Translations under genes and position numbers: made by a program
Assembly (NCBI GenBank): GCA_964016885.1
Contig: OZ024763.1
Coordinates: forward strand, 992,001-1,056,000
DNA from: Eledone cirrhosa
Lineage: Eukaryota
Direction of reading: 5' to 3'
Length of the DNA: 64,000 bases
The notes under the pieces: model-generated
What the model was told of the DNA's origin: nothing
Databases searched by the model: none
The model's input: only the letters and a program-made list of their open reading frames with translations
Part shown: piece after piece, positions 42,786 to 54,828 of the stretch
Numbering within the stretch: the stretch's first letter is position 1
How the letters are laid out: every line of letters starts with the position of its first letter

Positions 42786-42824
<39 letters not shown>

Positions 42825-43008
42825 CTATCTGTTTCTCTCTCTCTATATATATATGTATATATATATGTATATCTATATAGGTTATTTTGATGGTACCTTG
42901 CTCTCCCACATTCAAAAAAACATCTCCATAGAAAACAAACCCCCTCAAAACAAAAATCAAAACATGTCTTTGCAATTTTGTTCATCTCTCTCAATCCATG
43001 TATGTTTT

Positions 43009-43070
<62 letters not shown>

Positions 43071-43281
43071 TGTTCGGCAACTTCCAACTTTTTCCTCTCC
43101 CCCCTCTCTATATTTCTAACCAAATATATTGGCCTCTACTTTAAACTCTTAACTCTCTGCCAAAGTTGTTTCTTTTTTCATTTTATTTCTTGCAGCTTCC
43201 TTTTAGGAGAACCCTTCCATCAACTTGTATGTTTCTCTCTGTTTATATATATATATATATCTATATCTATATATGTATGTT

Positions 43282-43318
<37 letters not shown>

Positions 43319-43697
43319 ATGTGAATGTGTATGTATCTATCTATATATATATATATGTGTGTGTGTGTGTTTACGATCGATGCAACAATAACATCGGTCT
43401 CATCGGGGAAACTCCGAGTACCTAGGAAGTTTATATACCATGTGTTTAACATACACACACACACATACACATGGCCCCAAAAATGTATACACACTTCAAC
43501 AGCTTTCTAATAAAAGCGTGTTTATAATTGGGGGTGGGGGGTTTACCCTGTATATATATATATATATATATATGATTTCTTTCCAATGGAACAGTTCTAG
43601 TCCTGTAGAAGCCATTTCTATATTATACAGGATGTTTACACTCTACTAATGTATTGAGTACCTTGCTAACTGTGGTTACCCCTGATTGAACCCGGGA

Positions 43698-43730
<33 letters not shown>

Positions 43731-44392
43731 CGTAAACTATATTCTTTCAATTTTACAACCATTTAGATATATCAACAATAACGATACCCATAATAATTGC
43801 TTCTACTATTGGCACAAGGCCAGCAAAGCAACAGTGCATTACTGGTACTTTATTTTATCGACCCCGTAAGGACGAAAGGCAAATTTAACCTCGGTGGGAA
43901 TAATAATTAGTAATAATTAACAATAATTAGTAATAATAACACAACAATACTGCCAATTAAAGTCGTTTTTTTTTCATTATTTCATGGTTTTAAATTAATC
44001 AGATATTTGAGATAGTAAAATGATAGAATTTATATCTAAATATTTTCTAAACACCTTCATCTGGTGAGGTCTGAGGTGAAGTTTGAAAAGAATCCTTACA
44101 GAATATAAACATTTAAACACACAACCTGGGGCTTATATCTCTTCTCTTTATATAAATTGTTGTCTATTATGGAATAATTATTACCATTATTATTTATTAT
44201 TATAACTAATGAATATTTCGCCACTTAATTTTCCTTCCCTAGTGATTGTATTTGTCTCTCTTTCTCTGGTCTGACTCTTATCGTTGTCTTACTTTGCTAG
44301 TTGCAACATTTTTTTTCTGGTTAGCATTCTTTATAGGAATTCTAAATACTTGTGGACAGAACATTGGAACAGAATATATATATTTATATATG

Positions 44393-44446
<54 letters not shown>

Positions 44447-44588
44447 TATATACTTTAAAGGCAAACGGACAGGAAGCAACAACGATGTAGAGAGTATGAG
44501 GGGTACATGCAAACCCTTTTAAGTAACTATTTTAGTTATAAATGTGTTCAAATAAAACATCTAAACCACTTATAAACTATATACCCTA

Positions 44589-44634
<46 letters not shown>

Positions 44635-45366
44635 GACATTGTGTCCCCCAAAATATATACACATTTATTAGAATGTTGTTGAAGAGTATATACATTTTTC
44701 TGGGACGCCCTGTATGTGTGTGTGTGTATGTGTATATATATGTATATATATATATACGTGTGTGGTAATGTGTGTCCACACCTACCTCTCTCTCTCTTAT
44801 TTGTAATATAATTGAAGTTTATGAACAGATATTCAAAATTCAAACGTAGCTCTTTCCCAATTATAAACCTATTAAAATAAAACCTGGCCATTCATATCTA
44901 CCTAATCATCACTCTATATCTATATATATCTATATTTATATATTATTATTTTATATTTATTAAGATAGGTTTGAAGCTTAAACCGTAACTATACCTATTT
45001 CTAAATTTGAGGAAATTAAACCTCAAACCATTTATATGTATATATATATATATATAATATATACCACTTCTCTCTTTTTTTTTTGTAGTATTAACTTTAT
45101 TATTAAGATAGGTGTTCCAATACTCAAATATAATAATTTTTAGTTATTATAAATCTGTTAAAATAAACCTCTAACTATATTAACTATATATATTTAATTT
45201 TAACTATATATATATATATATAAACATTAATATTTAGTATTTATTCAGATAGGGTATTCGAGATAGAAACGGAACAATTTTCAGATATCAGAAATCTGTT
45301 AAAACAAATCTCTAACTATGTATATGTAAATATCATATAAGCAAGCCTTCATTCACACACACACAC

Positions 45367-45424
<58 letters not shown>

Positions 45425-46033
45425 ATAGATAGATAAATAGATTGGTATAGATATATATTTGTAATGTTTGTAATCTTAAATCAATCCTTTATAATACGTA
45501 TATATATATATATATATATAGCTCCTACAGGACTAAAACTGTTTCATTCAAACGACATCATCAGGAATAATTTTGATACTACATACATAATATATATATA
45601 AACTAAAATAACACTACAAATATATATACGTACTATGTATGTATGTATATATATATATTTGTAGTCTTATTTTAGTTTATTAAGATAGGTATTTTTTCAA
45701 GAATCAAACGTGTATAGGGGGAGAGAAATAAAGAGTTTGTATCGTTCATGCTTCATCCAAGGGCATTAGCGACACAGCGAAATGCTTTACTCTGTATTTC
45801 TCTCTCCTTTCTCCTACCAGTGTTCTTCAAAAGAAACAACTAACTAGGTTGGTTTGATAATTAAACCAACCCATTTCATTTTATCTTCGTCATTAGCGAA
45901 AATGAAACACCAATCTTTGCAGTTGTTGAAGAAATGTCTCCTTCTCCATGTTCTCGTTTTTATTAATCAAGGTTCAATTTGGATCAACACACAGACACAC
46001 ACACAACAAGAGAAACAATCTCGAGGTAACAAA

Positions 46034-46070
<37 letters not shown>

Positions 46071-46372
46071 CATATATAATATATATAGTTATGTATGTAT
46101 GTGTGTATTTTTTCTGTATTTCGATTTTATTTAATCATTTAATTATGAAGAAATCTTTTGGTTTCTAATCTTTTTTTTTTTTTAATTTCCAGGTATTGTG
46201 TGTAAAGTTGTGTGGGTATTTAGAGATATATCACACACATATGTATATTGTGTGTGTGTGTTTCTATCCATATATAATTAAAACAAACTTTTGGTGTCTT
46301 TAAACGCACCTGTTCATTAAATCGAAACACTAAGGCTACAAATGGGCAACAGTAAGCATTCTCCAAACACTG

Positions 46373-46439
<67 letters not shown>

Positions 46440-47624
46440 GTATATATGATTTTAGGCATAAGAGAATCCCCGGCTGTTAATGGCTTTGATTAATGTGTAT
46501 TTTAAAAGTAGAAGCATTAAACTGTTGCGGCAGACTTTGTGGGTTTGGTGCAGAATCTTCAATCTCTTGGCATCAATAGTAGTTTTTATTGAATTCTTTT
46601 TCGTCCGTTTCTTTCCTTGGACATTTTTACCATTATATATAAAAGAATAAGAACAAATACACACATATATATAATGTATGTGTGTATATATAAATAAACA
46701 AGGAAGAATCGAAGCCTTTTCAACGTCTGTTGTTTCAGCGTTTCTTAGCGTCCTGAACCACATGGAACCACATTAGCAAGATATTCTTCAAAAGTACAAA
46801 ACTACTCTATGATTGCATCACAGAAAAAAAAAACATTATCTGCAAATTTTTACAAGAATCTACCCAATAGTAAAGATGTTAAATAAACATTTGAATTAAC
46901 AAACAGATTTTAAAATATTTTCCAGCTAAATAATTAGTGTTAAGAGGAAGAAAAGCTAATATTTATTGATATCTAATTACGGAAAGGAAAACACGATTTT
47001 TATTGAAGCATGTTGCTTGAATTATAGATTGGAAGAAAAGAGAACGAACGACCTCTTTCTAGCGATTGAGTGTGTGTGTTGTGTGTCATTTTTCACTCCT
47101 TTATTCAGCAGAGGTATTTCACTTCATTTAAACATCCACCAATATACAACTTGACCAGTATACACGCATGCATTTGGCTGATTGCATTAAACAATCAAAT
47201 TATATACATATGTAGCTTTAAAAAATAATTATTTGATATATCTTCACATGGAATAATTGTGAAGGACAAATGATTTTTTAGCAAGATGCTTTCTGATAGG
47301 ATGGGGCCTCTATTATTTAGAATTTGAGAAACTGCCTTTGAGATGCAACCTCATAAGAGACACCTAAACTTGCATATGTTTGAACTGTAGAATCCATTCA
47401 TTGTGTATAGAATTCATTCATATATGTATACGCCTCATCGCCTCACTAACCCACAATAGGTGAAGCGTGGTGAGTACAGCTACACCCCTGAAGTCATGAC
47501 CAAAACGAAACAGAAAGTGGTGGAGGTCAACCAGGGAGGTGTACCTCCAACAGGAGTGGAAAGGCTTTGGATCAGATTGGATATATGTAAAGTGGTCACG
47601 ACACTAGAAAAAGCACTCAGCCCA

Positions 47625-48330
47625 CACTGTAAGCTTTTTGTCGTGACACCTACACAACCGCTTTACAGTGTGGACTGGGTGCTTTTTGTCATGACACCTA
47701 CATGACCACTTTACAGTGTGGACTGGGTGCTTTTTGTCGTGACACCTACATGACCACTTTACAGTGTGGACTGGGTACTTTTTGTCTTGACTCCTACATG
47801 ACCACTTTACAGTGTGGACTGGGTACTTTTTGTCGTGACACCTACATGACCACTTTACAGTGTGGACTGGGTGCTTTTTGTCGTGACACCTACATGACCA
47901 CTTTACAGTGTGGACTGGGTACTTTTTGTCTTGACTCCTACATGACCACTTTACAGTGTGGACTGGGTGCTTTTTGTCAAGACACCTACATGACCACTTT
48001 ACAGAGTGTAATGGGTGCTTTTGTCAGGGGACTCTTACACAACCACTTTACAGTGTGGACTGGGTGCTTTATGTCAAGACACCTACATGACCACTTTACA
48101 GTGTGAACTGGGTATGTTTTGTTGTGACACCTACACAACCGCTTTACAGTGTGGACTGGGTATGTTTTGTCGTGACACCTACACGATCGCTTTACAGTGT
48201 GGAGTAGGTGCTTTTTGTCATACACCTACACGACCGCTTTACAGTGGGTGCTAGGAGCCTTTTGTCATGATACATACATAACTACTCTACAGTGTGGACT
48301 GGGTGCCTTTTGTCATGACACCTACATATA
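47625..48330 (+). repeat. 48-bp minisatellite (about 14 copies) derived from the RTE/SINE 3' UTR
   Basis: Unit cacctacatgaccactttacagtgtggactgggtgctttttgtcgtga resembles 9895-9952 in the LINE 3' UTR. Confidence 0.85.
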
Positions 48331-49804
48331 TATATATATACACACATATATGTTTATATATACATTTTAAGACCTGTTAAAGCAGAGGTTATCTTTTCAG
48401 GCCTCATAACACGCACCTCCACTATTCCTTCTTGTCTGATCCCCTTCTCACCAACACCTTGGCTTTCATTTCCTCATCCATCATTTTTATCCATGTCTTT
48501 TTTTATTCTTAGTCTTCCCCTTCCTCTACTTCCTTCCGCATTCCTTCCCATCACACCTCTCATCTCATCCAGTCCCTTTCATCTTACCTCAACCTACGTG
48601 TGGAGCATATTCTGAGTCAATGATTGCCATCAACTTCCCAATCGCAAGTTTCATCATTAACAATTGTTCACTCACTCTAGTCTCCCCACTCTACACCAAC
48701 ACCATGTACACTCTGGTGACTCTTACCACCCACACCATTATCAAGTGTTCACTGATTCTAGCCTCACTGACAACATTGTATCGCTTGCTCTGATCGATCA
48801 ACAAGATCCCAGCCCTCATCTGCTTGCCGAGTGGGGTGGACCTCATTAAATCATCGGACCAAGGAAACAATGTTTCCATTGGTCTTTCTATTGTTGATAC
48901 TATCTACCTGTCGCAACTCCTGGTGGAAGGAGCAATGTGAAATAAAGTGTCTTGCTCAAGGACACAACGCAGCACCCGGACCGAGAGTTGAACTCGCAAT
49001 CTCACAATTGCGAATCCAACTCTCTAACTACTCGACCACATTGTATACAATCTCTACACCATGTACACTCTGGTGACTCTTACCACACACCACCATCATC
49101 AACAGTTCACTCTAGTCCCCCTCTACACCAACACCATGTACACTCTGATGGCTCTTACCACACACCACCATCATCAACAGTTCACTCTAGTCCCCCTCTA
49201 CACCAACAGCATGTACACTCTGGTGACTTACCACCCACACCACCATCATCAACAGTTCACTCTAATCTCACCACATTGTATACAATCTCTACACCAACCA
49301 ATTATTATTATTTTGTTTCATTTGGGAAGGAAGGTGAGGGTGGAGAGAGTAGTGCTGCCTTTACCCCCAGTGCATTTGTTAAAAGGTGGGTGAACGTGGT
49401 GAAAGTGGCCCGTGTGAATTCTGAGCATGCACCTGTAGGCTGGCTAATTTGAGAAGGAGAGGGGGTAGGTACCCCTTCCGGGTGCACTCGAATCGTCGGG
49501 TGGTTAAGGATTGTTGGGGTACCTGAGTCACCTCTGGGTGGTTATCCTCTCCCCCTTCTATTGGAGAACTCTGTTGTTTGGATTTTTATTGTTATTTATA
49601 TTTTTACACGTTATGTATGTACCCCCCAACTGTCCCTGTCTATTGTATTGTCCCCTATATGTAGGTCCTTGTGGCCAATAAAGAAATTATTAGTATTATT
49701 ATTTTGTTTTGAGAATCCAACTTTTAAATGTGATTTTTTTTCTTTTTATCACCTACAGATGGATATTTTAATTTAAACCTGGTTTGGGACTTTATTTAAC
49801 TGTC

Positions 49805-49916
49805 ATGGCTACCAGTACCCCTTCCACTTCCACTGAATCAGCTGGAGCCAAAGATAAAGGTGCTAAAATCCTTCATGAAATCCTTTCAAAACCATCCAAG
49901 GTTGCACCTGTCTCAG
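49805..49916 (+). CDS. PRDM2: PRDM2/RIZ-like zinc-finger gene, first coding exon (MATSTPSTSTESAGAKDKGAKILHEILSKPSKVAPVS)
   Basis: Acceptor ttatcacctacAG ends at 49758. There is an in-frame TAA upstream of ATG 49805 and a donor CAG|GTAAAT at 49916/49917. The 112 coding nt (phase 1) join exon 2 in frame (G+AT = Asp of DVPSEN). Confidence 0.7.
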
Positions 49917-50762
49917 GTAAATTCTTCTTATTCTTTTTTCTGTTTTATTTCACATTCTTCTTCCCCCTAACCCTTTAGCATTTAAACTTGGTCGTATCTG
50001 GCCATGATTCTCTCACCTCTTTCTGTTCAAACCAGCTGTAACCAGCTACTCATACTGATGTTAAAGTATTGTCTCAAAATGAATAATATCAAAATCTCAT
50101 AGATTCAATATTATGTGAAGTAAAGCCTTTACCATGAAAATATAATAGTATATATATAAAGTAATGTAAATGCTAAATGGCTAATGCTAAGGTATGTAGC
50201 CTAGTGGTTAGTGTGTTGGACTCAATGATAAGATTGGGAGTCAGATCCCTTCTAATGTGGTTTAATGGTTAAGGTGTTGGACTCAATCATAAGGTTGTGG
50301 GTTTGATTCCTGGCCCAGAAGCTTATTTCACACTACTTTTCATTACAGAACTGTAGCTTCTTTAGAATTTGGACAGAATCTAATATAACTAACTTTCTCA
50401 TTATTAATCTGATGTCTGGAACATAACTTTCCAAAGGTTCCTACATAAAATTGACAGAAAGTTTTAAGATGAATATGCTTGCATGTCCCATAACTTCTGA
50501 GGGAGTTGTAGGTGCGCCATTCTATGGAACCCATCTCTCTAGGTCTGAATACAGGAGATTTCTTCCAGAGAAGGATAGAGAGAGTGAGTGAAAGGAAGTG
50601 AGCAAGAGGAAGAATCATCCCCTTATATACATATATATATACTAAAAATGTCTTTAATGCGTTGAATTGTCCAAGACCCCCAGCAGACAACTGATGAAGG
50701 AAATTTTTGTCCCGTTCTTGCTCTCCTCTTTTTATAAGTACACAGCCCCTGTTTATTCTTAA

Positions 50763-50797
<35 letters not shown>

Positions 50798-50819
50798 CTA
50801 CACAGCCCCTGTTTATTCT

Positions 50820-50856
<37 letters not shown>

Positions 50857-51438
50857 CATCATCACCGTTTTACGTCCGTTCTTCCACGCTAGCATGGGTT
50901 AGACGGGTTGTCCTGTTGTGGGCAGTATCTGGTCGGCTGACCATGCTTTGCTCATACAGGAACTGATTTGGCTTGATTTCTACAGCTGGATGCCCTTCCT
51001 AACACCAACCTCATTTACAGTGAGTGCTGGGTGCTTTTTCGTGGCGCCTACACGTCCACTTTACAGTGTGGGCTGGGTGCTTTTTTGCCGTGACACCTCC
51101 ACGACCACCTTGCAGTGGGGTGTGTGGGGGCATATTGTCTATATGCTTCAGCTTGTACCCATGGGAGGTCGGGTACTCTGTATTACTGCGTGACGCCAGA
51201 GGTCACGGTCGTGTGTCATCGCCTTTGAGAGGTGTAATTGGGTACGGTCGGCTTTTATCACCTCATCCCAGGTCTTCTTGGGTCTGCCCACTCCGCGGTT
51301 TCCTTCGACTTCTAGTGCTCTGCACCTTTTTATGCAGCTGTCATCCTTCATACGCATCACATGTCCTTACCAATGCAACCGCCGCTCCTGCACACAGCAT
51401 TTGATTCCTCTTATGCTCAGTCTCTCTCTCAATTCATT

Positions 51439-51475
<37 letters not shown>

Positions 51476-51867
51476 GTGAGGTTTTTTTTACAAAATGAAA
51501 AATAACCGAGGTGTCCTACACGAGTGAAAGTATAAAGAAAAAGAGATGAAATCGAAAATGCAACTGGAGTCTTATTTTTTTTTTTTTAAATATATATATT
51601 TATTTGGTTCCTTTACCGGTTTCGCAGTTCTTCTGCTTTTCAAAAGGTGAGTTGAGATGGAGGGTCTGTGGTTTTTCTCACATCTGGATGTGATATATAT
51701 ATATAGATAGAGAGAGAGAGAGAGAGAAAGGACCATATATCTTATGAGAAATCACAGTATTTTGTATATATACATAGCACATATATCAAGGAAGAATATG
51801 TACTTTAGATGGATTTCCACCTGAACTACATATTTTTCCTTGATATGTATGCTTTTTATACACACGT

Positions 51868-51898
<31 letters not shown>

Positions 51899-51966
51899 CC
51901 AACAGATACAGTGTATTAATGTAGTATTATATTGGACTTTCTTTTTTGTACTTTATTCCAATCTAG

Positions 51967-52794
51967 ATGTCCCCTCTGAAAATACAGACAGGAAAAGAGG
52001 ACTTCGAAGGAAATTAGAGCGAAATGTTAATTCAGTTTATGCCAAACGGTCGCTTGCAGACACTAAACAAGAAGGTGCGACAAAGAAATTCAAGAAAGAC
52101 AAATCTGTTAACAATTCAAAGAACTCCTCTTCACGCAGCACAACGACATCATCGGCTAGTCGGAGGCAATCGTCGGAAAAGAAAAACACTTCCTCCGAGA
52201 ACAGTAAAGCCAGCAAAACAACACCGCTGTCGATAAAGGGAGAGAAGAAAGATGAGAAATCTGATGATAACAATGAGAAGTTCTTCTATTATTTTGAGAC
52301 GCAGTTGAGTCAAGTCGTAGAGGAGAAAGGTTCGAAATTTTATGGATGTGAGGTGTGCAAGGGTGTTTATCGGTATGCTTTCAGTCTGAAGCGCCACTTT
52401 CTTCGGAACCACATAAACTATAAATATTTATCAGAGGCTGACATTTCAAACTGTATGATAAATGTTGCCCAACAAGACTTGATTGCTAAACGCCATGCTG
52501 CATCAGGAAAGCAGCGTCTGAAAAGTAACTGTGTCGCAGCTGGTAGCCCTCGCGTCTCGATGCAGGCTAACTTTGTATCAAAGAGTGTGAGTCGGTCGGA
52601 GCTGTATCGTTGCAGTCTCTGCAGCGAGCTCTTCGACTATAAGGAAGATCTTATTGAGCACACGCATAACCACATGACTGCCCCACCAACTGTAGCGCCT
52701 ATGGCCCCTGTTAAAGCTCAGCTTGCGTGTGAAGTATGTGGTATGAAGTTCACCTACAAACAGAACTTGATACGGCACCAGGCTGTCCATTCTG
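51967..52794 (+). CDS. PRDM2: PRDM2/RIZ-like gene, coding exon 2 (basic NLS-like region plus 3 C2H2 fingers)
   Basis: Acceptor ctttattccaatctAG ends at 51966; donor TCTG|GTAAGT at 52794. The exon is 828 nt, phase 1-1. Fingers: CEVC..HFLRNH, CSLC..HTHNH, CEVCGMKFTYKQNLIRHQAVH. Confidence 0.9.
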
Positions 52795-52864
52795 GTAAGT
52801 AGTTTATTCATTAAATTGTGTGGTGTGGGTGTCATATATATATATATTTATGTCATTATCATCA

Positions 52865-53253
52865 TCATCATCACCATTTTACGTCCGTTCTTCCACGCTA
52901 GCATGGGTTAGCCGGGTTGTCCTGTCGTGGGCAGTGTCCGGTCGGCTGACCTTGTCTTGCTCATACAGGAACTGATTCTGGCTTGATTTCTACAGCTGGA
53001 TGCCCTTCCTAACACCAACCTCATTTACAGTGAGTGCTGGGTGTTTTTTTGCCGTGGCACCTCCACGACCACTTTGCAGTGGAATGATAGGGACCCCAGT
53101 CCCTATCATCTCATTTCTACAGCTGAGTAAACTGGAGCAATGTGAAATAAAGTGTCTTGCTCAAGGAAACAACACATCACCCGGTCTGAGAATTGAACTC
53201 ACAACCTTTCGATTGCAAGGCCAATGCTCTAACCACTAAGCCATGTGCCTCCA
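52865..53253 (-). mobile_element. CORE-type SINE with an alternative RTE 3' tail (intron 2)
   Basis: The body matches 18720-18980 and the tail matches the LINE 3' end at 50855-51110. Confidence 0.8.
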
Positions 53254-53558
53254 TTATATATATATATATATATTTCATTGGGATTTATGTGTGATATCAT
53301 CATCATCATCATCATCATTTTAAGTCCGCTTTTCCCTGCTCGCAAGGGTGGGACGGGTCCTGTTCAGCATGACATCTCTCCACTTGTCACAGTCTTTCGG
53401 CGTCTCCTTCGTGAGCTTCAGTGATCTGAGGTCAGCTCTCACCACCTCCGCCCACGTGTTTCCTTCTACTGGGAATTCTTGGAACTTCTTTACCCAGCGG
53501 TCATCCTCCATGCGCATCACATGTCCATTTCATTGGGTTTTATGTGTGATATATATAT

Positions 53559-53737
53559 ATAGGAACGAGTAGGACCCCGACGGCTGAGCTCAAGCCGTTT
53601 CGACTTGAATTAGCCATCGAAACGGCTTGAGCTCAGCCGTCGGGGTCCTACTCGTTCCTATTACCCACTCTACTACCCTAAGTATTGAGTACTTTGGTGC
53701 GTTATGGTCCACCTGGTTCCTTACCACATTTCCTTCG

Positions 53738-53740
<3 letters not shown>
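53559..53740. mobile_element. Penelope-like remnant family with GAAACGGC..GCCGTC stem, in fold-back form
   Basis: 45-bp arms at 53559-53603 and 53617-53661. The same family forms a palindrome at 24415-24534 and occurs singly at about 17848-17985, 19075-19175, 23130-23170, 24928-24990 and 38740-38780. Confidence 0.6.
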
Positions 53741-53774
<34 letters not shown>

Positions 53775-53781
<7 letters not shown>

Positions 53782-54110
53782 AAAAAGGGATGAAATCGAA
53801 AATGCAACTGAAGTCTTATTTTTTTAAAAAATATATATATTTATTTGGTTCCTTTACCGGTTTCGCAGTTCTTCTGCTTTTCAAAAGGTGAGTTGAGATG
53901 GAGGGTCTGTGGTTTTTCCACAGACCCTCCATCTCAACTCACCTTTTGAAAAGCAGAAGAACTGCGAAACCGGTAAAGGAACCAAATAAATATATATATT
54001 TTTTAAAAAAATAAGACTTCAGTTGCATTTTCGATTTCATCCCTTTTTCTTTATACTTCCACTCGTGTAGGACACCTCGGTTATTTTTCATTTTGTAAAA
54101 AAAACCTCAC

Positions 54111-54117
<7 letters not shown>
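53775..54117. repeat. 138-bp-arm fold-back (53775-53912 / 53918-54055) of an element also present at 51470-51676
   Basis: Direct reverse-complement comparison; the loop is a 5-nt T run. Confidence 0.9.
53942..53979 (+). ncRNA. Minimal type I hammerhead, U3-A8 variant, in intron 2 (antisense copies at 53851-53888 and 51610-51647)
   Basis: cctt-TTGAAAA-gcag(aagaa)ctgc-GAA-accggt-A-aagg. Stem I is cctt/aagg, stem II gcag/ctgc, and stem III the palindrome ACCGGT, with a GUA cleavage site. Confidence 0.7.
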
Positions 54118-54177
<60 letters not shown>

Positions 54178-54484
54178 TTTCATTGGGTATTGTGTGTGAT
54201 GTATATATCAGTGTACTTTCTGTTGTGTCACCATTCTTACCACTTTACAGTGTAGACTGGGTGCTTTTTGTCATGACACCTACACAACCACTTCACAATG
54301 TGGACTGGGCAGTTTTTGTCGTGTCACCATCCCGACCATTTGTATCATCATGATCTGCATGTATGTATATAAAATTGTATTTTTTATTTAATTTTTTTTT
54401 TTTTGCATACCTTTTAATACACATCATCATCCTTATTTATTGATATATAAATAAAAAAATTTATTTCTGTGTTCGTTATTTTAG

Positions 54485-54674
54485 GAAACCTGCCATTCCA
54501 GTGTGAATTCTGCCAGAGGTCATTCCCGACTCTTATTAGCAAGAAACAACATGTCCGCATCCATAATAAGACTAAGGTTAGCAACACAAGCAGCACAAGC
54601 AACAACAAGAACAAGACCAGTAAAAGCAACAGCATCCCAGCCACTACATCCACTACCACAGCTACTGCTGCTAA

Positions 54675-54705
<31 letters not shown>

Positions 54706-54793
54706 GCAAAAACTGCTGCTATTACAACTACTATTAATACCACATCAAAAACTGCTACTATTACCACTGATGCTGCTGCTGCTGCTACTACTA

Positions 54794-54828
<35 letters not shown>

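Noticed and set aside
43370-43420. Additional HHR-like motifs (CCGATGA..GTAAAC here; also about 19380-19410, 20065-20130 and 50690)
   Set aside because: Each has a mutated core or lacks stem I/III, so they were treated as degenerate remnants rather than ribozymes.
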